The notes under the pieces: generated by a model
Told to the model about the DNA's origin: nothing
Seen by the model: the letters and a program-made list of their open reading frames with translations, nothing else
Database searches by the model: none
Part shown: in pieces, positions 1 to 11,559 of the stretch
How the letters are laid out: the number at the start of each line of letters is the position of its first letter
How positions within the stretch are numbered: the stretch's first letter is position 1
Made by a program: the position numbers and the translations under genes
DNA from: Eledone cirrhosa
Lineage: Eukaryota
Assembly: GCA_964016885.1 (NCBI GenBank)
Contig: OZ024741.1
Coordinates: 155,248,001-155,312,000, forward strand
Length of the DNA stretch: 64,000 nucleotides
Reading direction: 5' to 3'

Positions 1-689
1 GAATCTCTTTGCCAGACACTTAGCATAGACTTTACCGGGAAAGCTTAACAAGGAGATTCCTCTGTAATCGGAACAATTTCTCTAGTCTCCCTTTTTGAAA
101 ATTGGGATTATCACTCTCGATTGCCATTGCTTAGGTGTTTTTTCAGAGATCCAGACTAGTCGGCACACACGAGTTAGCCAGAGAATAGCTTCTTTTTTAT
201 GGCTTTTAGCATCTCGGACCTAATTTTATCCGCTCCAGCGGCTTTGCCACATTTAGGGGTCATTAATTGCTCATGTGACCTTCCGAGAGATTAGTCATCG
301 CTGCATACAGCGTTAGGCTGTTCATTCAGCGATACAGCCATTAGATATGATGGTTATTTGCGATACAAACGGGCACCTGTCGGACGAATAAACAACCCCG
401 GACCAACAGCGGTAAACTACTAGGGGAGATAGAGCAATGGGTGAGACCTTTAGCTCCCCCAAATACTCTCATCACCCAATGATGTAGCTATGACGAGTGA
501 GTAGAGGCCGCCTCTAAAAAAGCCTAGTCTTCGTGAGTTTGAGAAAGTACCAGATTGGTGACTGGCGCGAATAAGGTCACCAAAACTGCAATATGGTAAG
601 AACAAAAATCACATTTTACCCCCAAATTTTGTTTTCTTTCTTTCGTTTCCTCACTCTCTGTCTGTCTATTTCTTCTTTTATTTCTTTTA

Positions 690-760
690 TTTCTCATTCT
701 GATGAACGATTAGTATCCGAAACGTTAAGCCTCTTTTCCTACTACATTAAGCGTTAAACT
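690..760 (+). ncRNA. Degenerate type I hammerhead ribozyme motif (PLE pseudo-LTR-like fragment)
   Basis: CTGATGA (699-705), short stem II (cGAT-tagt-ATCc), GAAAC (719-723), imperfect stem III (acgttaa...ttaagcgt). Stem I is poorly preserved. Confidence 0.45.
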
Positions 761-848
761 AATATGTTTCTTCATTGTACTGACTGTTTGCTTTGTTGTT
801 TCCGTATATTTTTCGCATACACACACACGCACACACATACACACGCAT

Positions 849-882
<34 letters not shown>

Positions 883-895
883 GCATGCACCCCCC

Positions 896-951
<56 letters not shown>

Positions 952-954
<3 letters not shown>

Positions 955-2175
955 GGTTGTAATGAAAGTTCTGGCGGTTTTTTTAAAAAGTAAATCTCAA
1001 ATTAGATGTAAAGGTGTCCAAATGCTGAATTATATTTGGAATATGTTTAATTTTCTTTCAGATTTTGTCAAATTTATCTTTATTAAAGTTGTTATATTGG
1101 CGCCATATTTACTCCAAGTAGAGAACACATCTGTCATGTTATTCTTTATGAATTTCAAAAATGTAATAGTACAAGTGCAGCAGCGAAATCACTCCAAAAC
1201 ACTTATGGTGATGACGTAGTGACTGAAAGTTCATGCAGGAGATGGTTTTCACGATTCGGAAACGGGAACTACAGCCTGCAGAACGAATCAAGAGAAGGGT
1301 GCCAAAGAGGGCTGGATTCTGATGTATTGGAAGCTGCCGTTGACTGTTACAGTTCGGAAACTAATCACAGACTTCAATGTGAGCCATACCACATTTCATC
1401 GTGAATTGAAAACGCTTGGTAAAGTGTCAAAGGTTAGGAAATGGGTTCCGCATGGTCTCTCTGCAAACAATCACAAACAACATGTTGACTGTGCTTTCTG
1501 GTGAGCTGCAAATGCCTTTTTTTTTAACAGATTCATAACTGGAAATGAGCTATGGATACTACCATGATGTTAAGCGAAGACGTCAGTGGCTTAGTCGTGG
1601 TGAAGAACTAGCTGAGCAGCCCAGAAGTAACCTACATCAAAGGAAGATTCTTGTGAATGTGTGGTGGGATATGCAGGGAATAATTCATCATGAGTTGCTA
1701 GGTGATAATCAAACAATAACAGCTGAAATCTGTTGCCAACAGTTAACTCATTTGAAAGCAGCTTTGCAAAAAAAAAACGACCATCATTAAAAAATAGAAA
1801 AGTAGTAACCCTTCAGCATGAGAATGCTAGACCTGCACAAAAGACCAAATATCTAAAACGAAAAATATGCCTGGGAAATTATGCTTCATCCACCATATTC
1901 CACGGATCTCGCACCAACTGATTACCATCTCTTTAGAGGTTTACAAAATCATTTGATGGATTAAGGCTTACTTCAAGAGAAGTCGATAACGAGTTAGTTT
2001 CCTTTTTAGTTCAAAATCTAAAGAATTTTAGGAATGTGGCATTAAAAAGTTTAGTGACAGATGGGGAACAGTCATAGAGAAGAATGGTGGCTACATTAAC
2101 GATTAAATATAGCTCATATTGTGATTTTTATAGTTTTATTGAGTCTCTAATAACGGACATAACTTTCATTACAAC

Positions 2176-2180
<5 letters not shown>
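952..2180 (+). mobile_element. Mariner (Tc1/mariner, DD34D-type) DNA transposon, near full length, transposase inactivated
   Basis: TIRs GGTTGTAATGAAAGTT (955-) and AACTTTCATTACAACC (2161-); about 1.23 kb within (TA)n. Frameshifted fragments carry WVPHGL (WVPHEL), VWWDMQGIIHHELL, LQHENARP and HPPYSTDLAPTDYHLF-like motifs. Confidence 0.9.
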
Positions 2181-2235
<55 letters not shown>

Positions 2236-2249
<14 letters not shown>

Positions 2250-2458
2250 TATATAGCGAAGGAAATGTGGTAAGGAACCAGATGGACCATAACGCACCAA
2301 AGTACTCAATACTTAGGGTAGTAGAGTGGGTAATAGGAACGAGTAGGACCCCGACGGCTGAGCTCAAGCCGTTTCGACGGCTAATTCTGGACTTTTTAGT
2401 CCAGAATTAGCCGTTGAAACGGCTTGAGCTCAGCCGTCGGGGTCCTACTCGTTCCTAT
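2236..2458 (-). mobile_element. Short fold-back element family A (PLE-terminus-like) with hammerhead 3' half
   Basis: Near-perfect palindrome 2333-2458 (loop TTTT 2394-2397). Contains GAAAC-GGCT-tgagctc-AGCC-GTC. Homologous copies at 28620, 38945, 39721 and 55693; flanked by (TA)n. Confidence 0.75.
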
Positions 2459-2577
2459 ATATATATATATATATATATATTTGTGTATAGTGGTAGCTAA
2501 GGTGCTTCCGTAGGCGGTATGCCAAAATTAGCACTCGATATTCATCAGAGTAGAGTGTAAATATTATCAAGAAAAAG

Positions 2578-2886
2578 AAAAATCAGTGATGCATCTGGAC
2601 TTAGTTTATTTCGTGTTACAAATGTTTCGCCGGCATGTAGCTCGAGTCATGGTCCTCGTATGGATCTGGTTAATTCTACTTCTGCGGGTTCTTTCAGACA
2701 CGGGTGTTACGTCCGGGGCAAATTTTATCACTGTGATAAAATTTGCTCCGGACATAACACCCGTGTTTGAAAGAACCCGCAGAAGTAGAATCAGCCAGAT
2801 CCATACAAGGACCATGACTCGAGCTAGATGCCGGCGAAACATTTGTAACACGAAATAAACTAAGTCCAGATGCATCACTGATTTTT
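2578..2886. repeat. About 309-bp fold-back palindrome with hammerhead-like motif in each arm
   Basis: Arms of about 154 bp, axis at 2732; this explains the mirror ORFs 2586+ and 2606-. Minus arm reads cgtgt-CTGAAAGA-(about 60 nt)-GAAAC-attt-GTA-acacg. Confidence 0.9.
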
Positions 2887-3013
2887 TAAATTATATATAT
2901 ATATATATAAGTATTGAAGTTTCCGTTGAAAATTGAAAAAGTCATAGGAATGAAGAGTGCTCTATGTAAGTTACAGAGCTAAATTTAATATATAATAAAC
3001 AATACAATATAAT

Positions 3014-3076
3014 TACCTCATTACCAGAGGTTTCCAAATAAGACGAATACAAGAAACGTCCTCATTCGTTCGCCAG
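3014..3076 (-). ncRNA. Hammerhead ribozyme, inverted copy with mutated core (CTGGCGA)
   Basis: Reverse complement of the 4785-4848 motif. Confidence 0.6.
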
Positions 3077-3517
3077 ACAAGGCGATTTAAAACATAGTGA
3101 AATATTTGAAAAATCTCGTCAAAAAAGGCAAAAGTTTAACGGGCAAAAAAAAACAAAACAAAAAAAAACACACGCGCAACCACATACATATTTGTGATAT
3201 ATACAGGGAAGAGAGTGTATCAGTTAAAGCAGTGTCAGGCTGAAGGTCGATGCAGATATAAAAATATAAAATATGAAAATGAAAAATATATGAGAATAAA
3301 AAAATTAAATCAAAGAGAAAGTAAGAGGGAGGGGTTATCAATTATAAAGTAACACTAAAAAAATAAATAAAAAGTAGAAAACATACAGAGGTTCGTACGC
3401 ACATATATATATATATAAATATATATATATACGTACAGACAAAAGCACATACATGCTTACATAATACAAAAGCGCGCATACATACACACGAAGCACACAC
3501 ACACACTCACACACACG

Positions 3518-3563
<46 letters not shown>

Positions 3564-4779
3564 TATATATATACACACATTTATATAAGTATATAAAAAA
3601 CATAGATATAAAAACACACATACACACACACATATACACGTACACGCGCACATACGAATGCATTCGTATACATAAACAAACACGTATACACACATATGCA
3701 CACTTACACTCATACATACAATATAAAAAAAACAGCCGTATGAATAAATGAGTACAAATTATATGCAAGTAAACATACATAAAAGCGGTTGAGGGACAAC
3801 AGAATATATCTGGAGTTGAGAACACAAGTGACATGTGATATCAGGTAGTGAAAGAAAAGGGGAAGGAAAATGTGTAAAATTGTGAGGATATAAAGTAAGT
3901 GAATCAAAAAGCAGGAGGGGGGGGGGGTCACTACTGGATGTGAAGTAAAAATAAAGTTAAAAATAAAAATAAAAGTAAATCAGAAAGAGAAGTCTGTAAA
4001 GAAGGTAAGTTAAGGAAAGTGAAGAACAAGAGTTTATGGAGGATAAGTATCTGAAAGTGAGTTAAGTTTATATGAGCTGGAAAGCAAGTGTGATTTCATG
4101 TGTGGGCAACTGGTGAAAATTTCTATTTTTGCATTTAGGCAGGTTTTTGGTGATTTAAGGTTCTGTAAAATCCAATATTTTTCACTTATGCAGAGTGCGC
4201 ATCTTCTTGTTCCTCTTGTTAATTGATAACCCCTCCCTCTTACTTTCTCTTTGATTTAATTTTTTTATTCTCATATATTTTTTCATTTTCAGATTTTATA
4301 TTTTTATATCTGTATCGACCTGACACTACTTTGACTGATGCACTCCCTTCCCTGTATATATCACATACATGTATGTGGTTGCACGTGTGTGTGTGTTTAT
4401 ACGCGTGCTTTCATACTTGTATGTGTATATATTTCAATTCTTAGTCCCTAAGTCTGTATGTACGCTAACTCTATTATCTTACAATTTCTTTTTTCAACAT
4501 ATATTATATACGTATTTGTGGTCACACATACACTGATATGCTTGCCCTCATGTATGTACTTACGCACACATTTATTCACTATACACATGCATTTGTACAT
4601 ACACACATATGTACATTTGTAGGTGCATATACACACATTATACACATACCCTTACTATATTTCCTTATTTTATTTTTATATATCTCTTGTATTACTTTTA
4701 TTTATATATTTCTTTTGCCCGTTAAACTTTTGTCTTTCTTGAGGAGATTTTTCAAATATTTCACTATGTTTTAAATTGC

Positions 4780-4855
4780 CTTGTCTGACGAACGAATTAG
4801 GACGTTTCTTGTATTCGTCTTATTCGGGAAACCTCTGGTAATGAGGTAATTATAT
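4780..4855 (+). ncRNA. Type I hammerhead ribozyme
   Basis: CTGACGA (4785-4791); long stem II cgaat(t)aggacg...cgtcttattcg; GAAA (4828-4831); stem III CCTC-tggtaat-GAGG; GUA cleavage triplet (4846-4848). Stem I is weak. Confidence 0.75.
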
Positions 4856-5033
4856 TGTATTGTTTATTATACATTATATATATATATATATACACACACA
4901 CATACATTCTGTATTTATACATATATATTCTGTATTTCTGTTCTGTAATACATCTGATAATTTACATTGAGCTAATTTTCTTACCCTTTCGTATTTATAA
5001 TTGTATATAGATTATGTATATAAGTATAAATAC

Positions 5034-5158
<125 letters not shown>

Positions 5159-5348
5159 CATTTGATAAAAGAGAAAAATTACTTCACTGGTTGTTGGTAT
5201 TATTTAATAGTTCAAAGCTTTACATTAAGTCGTTATTGATATTAGTTCTGGTGTGTGTCCTCCACTTGGTATTCTGGTTTTCAATATACGAGACGTTGAA
5301 GTCGATATTTTCGGGTTGGGAGATAAGATGTTATTTTTATGTTCAGTT

Positions 5349-6890
5349 TCGAGGATTACGAAAGGTTGTCAGGAGCGAAACTGAACTGGGAAAAATCCAT
5401 CGGGCTGCAACTCGGAACGTGGAGAGGCAGACCAATGCCTCCCGACGGTGTCGCCGGACACTGGACGGAGGGCCCGGTGAAGTTGCTTGGGGTCTGGTTT
5501 GGACCGGACCTCCAGGTGGAAAAGAACTGGGACGAGGTTACGAACAAGGTGTTTGCACTAACCCAGAAATGGGCCAAGTGTAAGCTGTCCCTAAAAGGTC
5601 GGGCGGAGGTGGCGAACATTTACATAGCGTCCGTCACTTACTACCGCCTGACTGTCGTGCCTTGACCTAAGGAAACACTCACCACCATGGAACGCATGCT
5701 CTTCCAATTTCTTTGGAAGAAGCGCCCTCCTATAGTGAGAAGATCCATCTGCTGCCAACAACCTTTGAAAGGAAGGCTGGGGATGCCGTGGTTGATGATG
5801 CGTAGGCACGCATTAAGGCTACAGCCCCTAATGGTATTCCTCACTGGTCAACCGGTGTGGGCTCCGTTCGTGAAACGAGCCTTTCCGAGACTCGTCTCGC
5901 TCACCGAGCTGCAGTCCTGGGTCAAGCAAAGATCCGGAAAACTGGGAGACTGGCACACTGAGTCTGCCCAGGCGCTCAGGGCTCTCTGGCAAGCGGGCCA
6001 GGCCATCGGTGGAGAATCCACCTCATCATACTATAGAGGGCTGGTGGCTAGCAGGGGCGATGACACCCTTGGAGAGTCGCCGGACATGGAAGAGGACGAA
6101 CTGGCCAGCCTGTTCGGTAGGACTTTCGGCCCGGGACCAATGGACAACTTCCAGAAGTCACTAGCCTGGCAGTGCTACCGGGGGGCTCTACCTGTTCGGG
6201 AGAGGCTCTACAGACACGGGCGCCCGGGCAGGGATCCCTCGAAAAAGATTTGCCCTAGATGCGTGCGTCACGAAGAAACCGTTGCGCACGCATTGGTGCA
6301 ATGTCCGGGCGTGGCTGATCTGTGGGGCTACGCCGAACGACTGCTGTCGCGGGTGGCGCCGATTCGATTGACCGCCGAGTCCGTGATGACAATCAAGCCG
6401 CCTCCCCTCTTCACAAAGGAAGCAAAGGCGGTTTTTCTGTGCGTAATAGCCTTGTTGAAAGAGGTTGTTTGGTGGACACGCTTGAAAGGTCTGAGGTCAG
6501 GCAACTTCCTCTCTGGCCATAGTCTGGTCTACTTCTTCCGATATCACTTCGGAAGAAGGATAATAATGGAGAGAGAGGTGCTTGGCCACAGGCAGTTTTA
6601 TGAAAGGTGGGTGATAGTGGCGAGAATGGCTCGTGTAAATGGGCCTTCTCTGTATACCATCCTGTAGGTAAAGAAGTGAAGGAGAGGGGAGCACCTTCTT
6701 CATGTGCTCCCCGGGAAAAGGATTGCACACTTTTTCGGGGGTGTGTGCAAACCCCATCACGTCCCCTTCCCTTTTGAGGTTGTTTTCGATTATTTTCATT
6801 TTATACCCTTTTTACTCGATTTTATGTAAACTCCCCCTTTGTATTTGTCCCTTCTTTTTATGCCTTTATGGTAAATAAAGAAATATATCT
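5349..6890 (+). mobile_element. 5'-truncated Tx1/L1-clade LINE family A (ORF2 C-terminus and 3' UTR)
   Basis: YERLSGAKLNWEKS, LLGVWFG, LSLKGRA, GRLGMP and zf-RVT-like CPRC...ETVAHALVQC motifs; AATAAA followed by an ATCT tail. Confidence 0.9.
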
Positions 6891-6919
6891 ATCTATCTAT
6901 CGATATATCTATAAGAAAG

Positions 6920-6950
<31 letters not shown>

Positions 6951-6989
6951 TATATATGTGTGTATGTGTGTGTGTGTGTGTGGGGGGGG

Positions 6990-7110
6990 GGTCAATCAGG
7001 GGGTAACCACAATAAGTAAGGTACTCAGTACATAGCAGAGTATACATATTTAATATAGATTCTACAGGACTAGAACTGTTTTATTCGAAGGAAATCACCA
7101 GGAAAGCCGA
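6990..7110 (-). mobile_element. PLE terminus family C fragment with mutated hammerhead
   Basis: Homologous to 39577 and 55896; minus strand reads ggctttc-CTGGTGA-tttccttcgaat-AAAAC-agttctagtcct-GTA. Confidence 0.55.
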
Positions 7111-7329
7111 CTGTCAATGTGATATGGTGGTATTTATACATTTTCTGTTGGTAGGGGAAAATAGACTGAGGGTCAACAGTATCTAACAAGATACACTGTC
7201 CTGGAATATCACTTATAGTTCTACTTAAATGTTGTACATCTAACTCTATACGTATTTTCTTGGCTATATAATGACGTAACCATATATTACACAACCGTTC
7301 ATAATGTTATATGGTCTCGTTATTATGTA

Positions 7330-7470
7330 ACTACACGTCCCTTTACGATCTGAGTTCAAATCCCGCCGAGGTTAACTTTGCCTTTCATCCTTACAGGGTC
7401 GATAAAATAAAGTACCAGTAATACACTGGGTAATTTGGTGGCCTTGTGCCAAAAGTAGAAACAGTTATTA
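7330..7470 (+). mobile_element. tRNA-derived SINE family 1 (partial)
   Basis: B box GAGTTCAAATCC, conserved body GCCTTTCATCCTT..GGGTCGATAAAATAAAGTACCAG, ATT tail. Confidence 0.85.
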
Positions 7471-7569
7471 TGTAACTACATAGCTCCTCAGTTGGAATAG
7501 AGCTCTTTCACCACCTGTTACATATTACGTCAAACCCTCCCACTAAAACACACACACACACACAGATAT

Positions 7570-7649
<80 letters not shown>

Positions 7650-7690
7650 GTATGTTTGTTTGTTTGTATGTATGTATGTATGTTTGTATG

Positions 7691-8065
7691 CAGAATTCTA
7701 GGAGAAGGAAAACTCTGATATAACACCTGCAACCCTGATGGTATCCAATGATGTTGACTTGTTCTTCTTTTTGGTAAATATCATCTTGGTTGAGAGAGTG
7801 GGACTGGCTTTGTGCAGTGCCTTTACTCATTATAAAAGCTTCACGGCACAGGCATTGCTTTATATCTGGAGATCTCTCTGCACTTGTTGTCACATCGTAC
7901 CATGGGCCCAGCACTATGTGTCAATAATTGTCACAAGTGTAGTGTTTGTACCAGAGTTTTCAAGTCGCTGGCTGGACTTAAAATCACACTCGATCAGCGC
8001 ATCGGTAGGGGTTCTCCTACATGGATATAAAGTAGTGGCCGTACTCGAAAACGAGTTGGCAGCCA

Positions 8066-8069
<4 letters not shown>
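7691..8069 (+). mobile_element. Non-coding retro-element family X, 5'-truncated copy
   Basis: Inverted near-identical match to 8742-9121; also matches 53990-54160; preceded by (TATG)n. Confidence 0.7.
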
Positions 8070-8121
<52 letters not shown>

Positions 8122-8414
8122 CTATATAAATATATCATATCTGTTATGTAACACTATCTTTCACCTGTGAAGGAATGTGTCGATTCAAGCTTTGCATTAA
8201 GTTATATTTGAGAGCGTTTTGTTGTTTGTTTGCTTTTTGTCTTTTATTTATTTATTTTTCCACAGGTAAATCTAACTTAACAATCTACCTGAATACTCTA
8301 CCGAAACGTATCTCACCTCAGTGAGGTTAATAACCGAAAACATAATTAATAGATGACATTTAATAAAGATCATATATATAGAGAGAAACGTACATACATG
8401 CATACATACTTAAA

Positions 8415-8725
8415 TGGATGGCCCTCCGTCGGTTACGACGATGAGTGTTCAAATTGATCCGATCAGCGGAATAGCCTGCCCATGAAGTTAACATGTAAAT
8501 AGCTGAGGATTCCACAGACACGCGTACTCTTAACGTAGTTCTCAGGGAGATTCTGCGTGACACCGAACGCGAAAGGCTTTCCCTTCGAATTACAGGTACA
8601 ACTCATTTTTGCCAGCTGAGTGACTGGAGCAACGTGAAATGAAGTGTCTTGCTCAAGGACATAACGAACTTATGACCTTACGATTGCTAGCCGAATACCT
8701 TAACCACCAAGCCACACGCCTTCAC
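8415..8725 (-). mobile_element. tRNA-derived SINE family 2 (CORE-like domain)
   Basis: Minus strand: A box TGGCTTGGTGG, then GTCCTTGAGCAAGACACTT. Relatives at 33230-33460 (-), 33890-34200 (+) and 47060-47160. Confidence 0.7.
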
Positions 8726-8741
8726 ATACATACATACATAC

Positions 8742-9348
8742 ATGGTGGCTGCCAACTCGTTTTCGAGTACGGCCACTACTTTATATCCATGTAGAAGAAC
8801 CCCTACCGATGCGCTGAACGAGTGTGACGTTTTAATCCAGCCAGCGACTTGAAAACTCTGGTACAAACACTACACTTGTGACAATTATTGACACATAGTG
8901 CTGGGCCCATGGTACCATGTGACGACAAGTGCAGAGAGATCTCCAGATATAAAGCAATGCTTGTGCCGTGAAGCTTTTATAGTGAGCAAAGGCACTGCAC
9001 AAAGCCAGTCCCACTCTCTTAACCAAGATGATATTTACCAAAAAGAAGAACAAGTCAACATCATTGGATACCATCAGGGTTGCAGGTGTTATACCAGAGT
9101 TTTCCTTCTCCTAGAATTCTGCCTTGACAAAGGCTAAGGGGTGATCTCTCCTGGTGATTTTGGATGGCCATTGACTCTTAAGAGCTCCTTTGCCCTTTGA
9201 CAGGTTTTGTTTTTAGTCCTGCAGGATGTCCAAAGTCACCCTGCTCACCAAGAAACCTTGGTGGGGTTGCCAGTTTAGTCGCCAACGACCCGACCATGAG
9301 ACAGGTTGTACTGGGATACATGTTACCAATAGCACCAACTGGTGACCT
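8742..9348 (-). mobile_element. Family X element, about 600 bp, apparently complete, flanked by (ACAT)n on both sides
   Basis: 5' part matches 12995-13185, 13645-13790 and 52560-52805; 3' part matches 7691-8069 and 53990-54160. No credible protein. Confidence 0.7.
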
Positions 9349-9422
9349 ACATACATACATACATGGTGGTTTTCTGCTCCTGCCGCATATATCCTTACAC
9401 ATACACCACAAACTAATATACA

Positions 9423-9484
<62 letters not shown>

Positions 9485-9556
9485 ATATCTATATCTATAT
9501 GTGTATTGTATATGTGTGTGTATGTGTAAGTATATATACGTAAATGTATGTATGTA

Positions 9557-9627
<71 letters not shown>

Positions 9628-9628
9628 A

Positions 9629-10217
9629 CACTGTGGGGCTATGTAGAACGACTATTGATGCGGGTGGGACCAAACCGGTTGACCACCGAGTCCATTGTCA
9701 GTATGAAACCGCCACCCTCCTTCAAAAACGAAGGAGAGGCGGTTTTCCTTTGTGTGATAGCTATGGCGAAAGAGGTTGTATGGTGGACAAGGTTGAAAGG
9801 GCTGAGGTCAGACACCTTTCTCTCCGGCCAACAACTGATTCCTTTTTTCAAATACCACTTTGGAAGAAGAATCAGGATAGAGAGAGAGGTGCTGTACCCC
9901 AGCAAGTTTTATGAAAGGTGGGTGAAAGTGGCGAGAATGGCCCGAGTGAATGGGCCTTCTCTCTATATCAGCCTGTAGGATGAGGAAAAAGAGGAAGAGA
10001 GGAAAGGGGTACAAACTCTTCGTACTCCTGGAGATGAGGGTTGCACATTTTTTCGGGGGTTTGTGTTACCCATATGAAATGTCTCTCCCTATTGGGGAAA
10101 ATCGATTAACATTTAAATTGCACTTGTCATAATATTTTACACGTTTTTATTGTATGTAAACTTCCCCCTTTGTATTTGTCCCCTTCTTTTGTGCCCCTGT
10201 GGCTAATAAAGAAACAT
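9629..10217 (+). mobile_element. 5'-truncated Tx1 family A copy between (ATCT)n tracts
   Basis: LWGYVERLL...ARMARVNGPSLY; (TATC)n directly 5' and 3'. Confidence 0.9.
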
Positions 10218-10230
10218 ATCTCTCTATCTC

Positions 10231-10385
<155 letters not shown>

Positions 10386-10535
10386 AGATTTGAATGGATA
10401 CAGTTTAGTTGAAAGGAATTTATTGACACGTGTTTCTATAACAGTTACATAACCTAAAACAGCTGCTATCTACATATCTATTTATATTACATATCTATCT
10501 ACATATCTATTTATATTACAACACAACGGAAAATA

Positions 10536-10637
<102 letters not shown>

Positions 10638-11149
10638 GCTTGTTTATATATATCGATAAAATGATGAGTGTGTATCTGTATATGTATGTTTGTGTGTAAG
10701 TGTATAGTGCTGTATGTGTAGACATGTGTGTGTTTATATATACTCAGATCAGTTTGCTTGAACAGTACATCATGGGATGGCGTCTAAGATATCTTGTTTG
10801 CAGGTGTGTTGGGAGTGGACGGTGATGTGTGGGTGGCTAGCTTATGATAAGTGTATTGCTAATGATGATGGCGTTGATGGGGTTCATAAGTGTGGTTGAT
10901 GGTGGTAGTGGAATAATGATGAGCGTGGCTGGTGATGCGGGGTGGCTTGCAGGATAGATTAACCAGAATGCCGGAAACCCAACAAATGTCTGGTATAAGT
11001 CTACATCTAATCTCTGTATTTAATTACTTTTTATGTAATTACCAAGAACTAAACACATCGCACAAATTAATACATATCCGAATTAACTGCAAGCATGAGC
11101 GCTAATAATATGCAATTTAGTACTCCCATTTCAGGATATTACCCTAAGA

Positions 11150-11315
11150 CAGGGTTGCCCAAATTTTTTCAAACGCGGAACCCTTTTTGGTTCAGAAATA
11201 TTTGGGGTACGCCAAAGTCTAATACTGTTAATTGATCGTAATATAAATATACTCCTCTACCTTTTTCCACGGAACCCCAGATACTCCTTTGCGGAACCCA
11301 CTTTGAGAACCACTG
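11150..11315. mobile_element. hAT (Charlie-like) MITE
   Basis: TIRs CAGGGTTGCCCAAA and TTTGAGAACCACTG; internal GCGGAACCC repeats; imperfect 8-bp TSD CCCTAAGA/CTCTAATA. Confidence 0.8.
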
Positions 11316-11359
11316 CTCTAATATACGCTATATAAGTCCTTCTGGCTAGTTAGATGATA

Positions 11360-11420
11360 TACTTGCTTTCTGATGAAAGTCTAACTAGGTTTGAAAACCG
11401 GTGAATGGTGTTATCATTCT
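11360..11420 (+). ncRNA. Possible degenerate hammerhead
   Basis: CTGATGA (11370-11376), stem II aagtct-aact-aggttt, GAAA (11393-11396); stems III and I are imperfect. Confidence 0.35.
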
Positions 11421-11559
11421 TTTCAATTTACTGGCAAATACATGTTTACATGTTTATATACTAAAATGTGTAAATCTATATACACATTTACGTAGACTCG
11501 GTTATTTTTATTTTGTATATATACTTTCGGTACGTATGTATGTAAGTTTGTGGTCCACA

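Larger units (their letters stand above)
2990..4872 (-). mobile_element. 5'-truncated Penelope-like element: GIY-YIG C-terminus, 3' UTR and inverted pseudo-LTR
   Basis: Minus strand of about 4060-4222 translates as TRRCALCISEKYWILQNLKSPKTCLNAKIEIFTSCPHMKSH (CxxC..EK..LN..E..CxH, the PLE endonuclease tail). 4223-4872 is an inverted copy of parts of 2990-3341, each copy with a hammerhead. Confidence 0.75.

Noticed and set aside
1-60. GAATCTCTTTG...CAAGGAGATTC stem as a possible HDV-like ribozyme
   Set aside because: Only one stem is visible at the window edge; I could not place P2, P3 or J4/2.
2586-2878. Near-identical 90-aa ORFs on opposite strands
   Set aside because: A trivial consequence of the palindrome; no protein motif.
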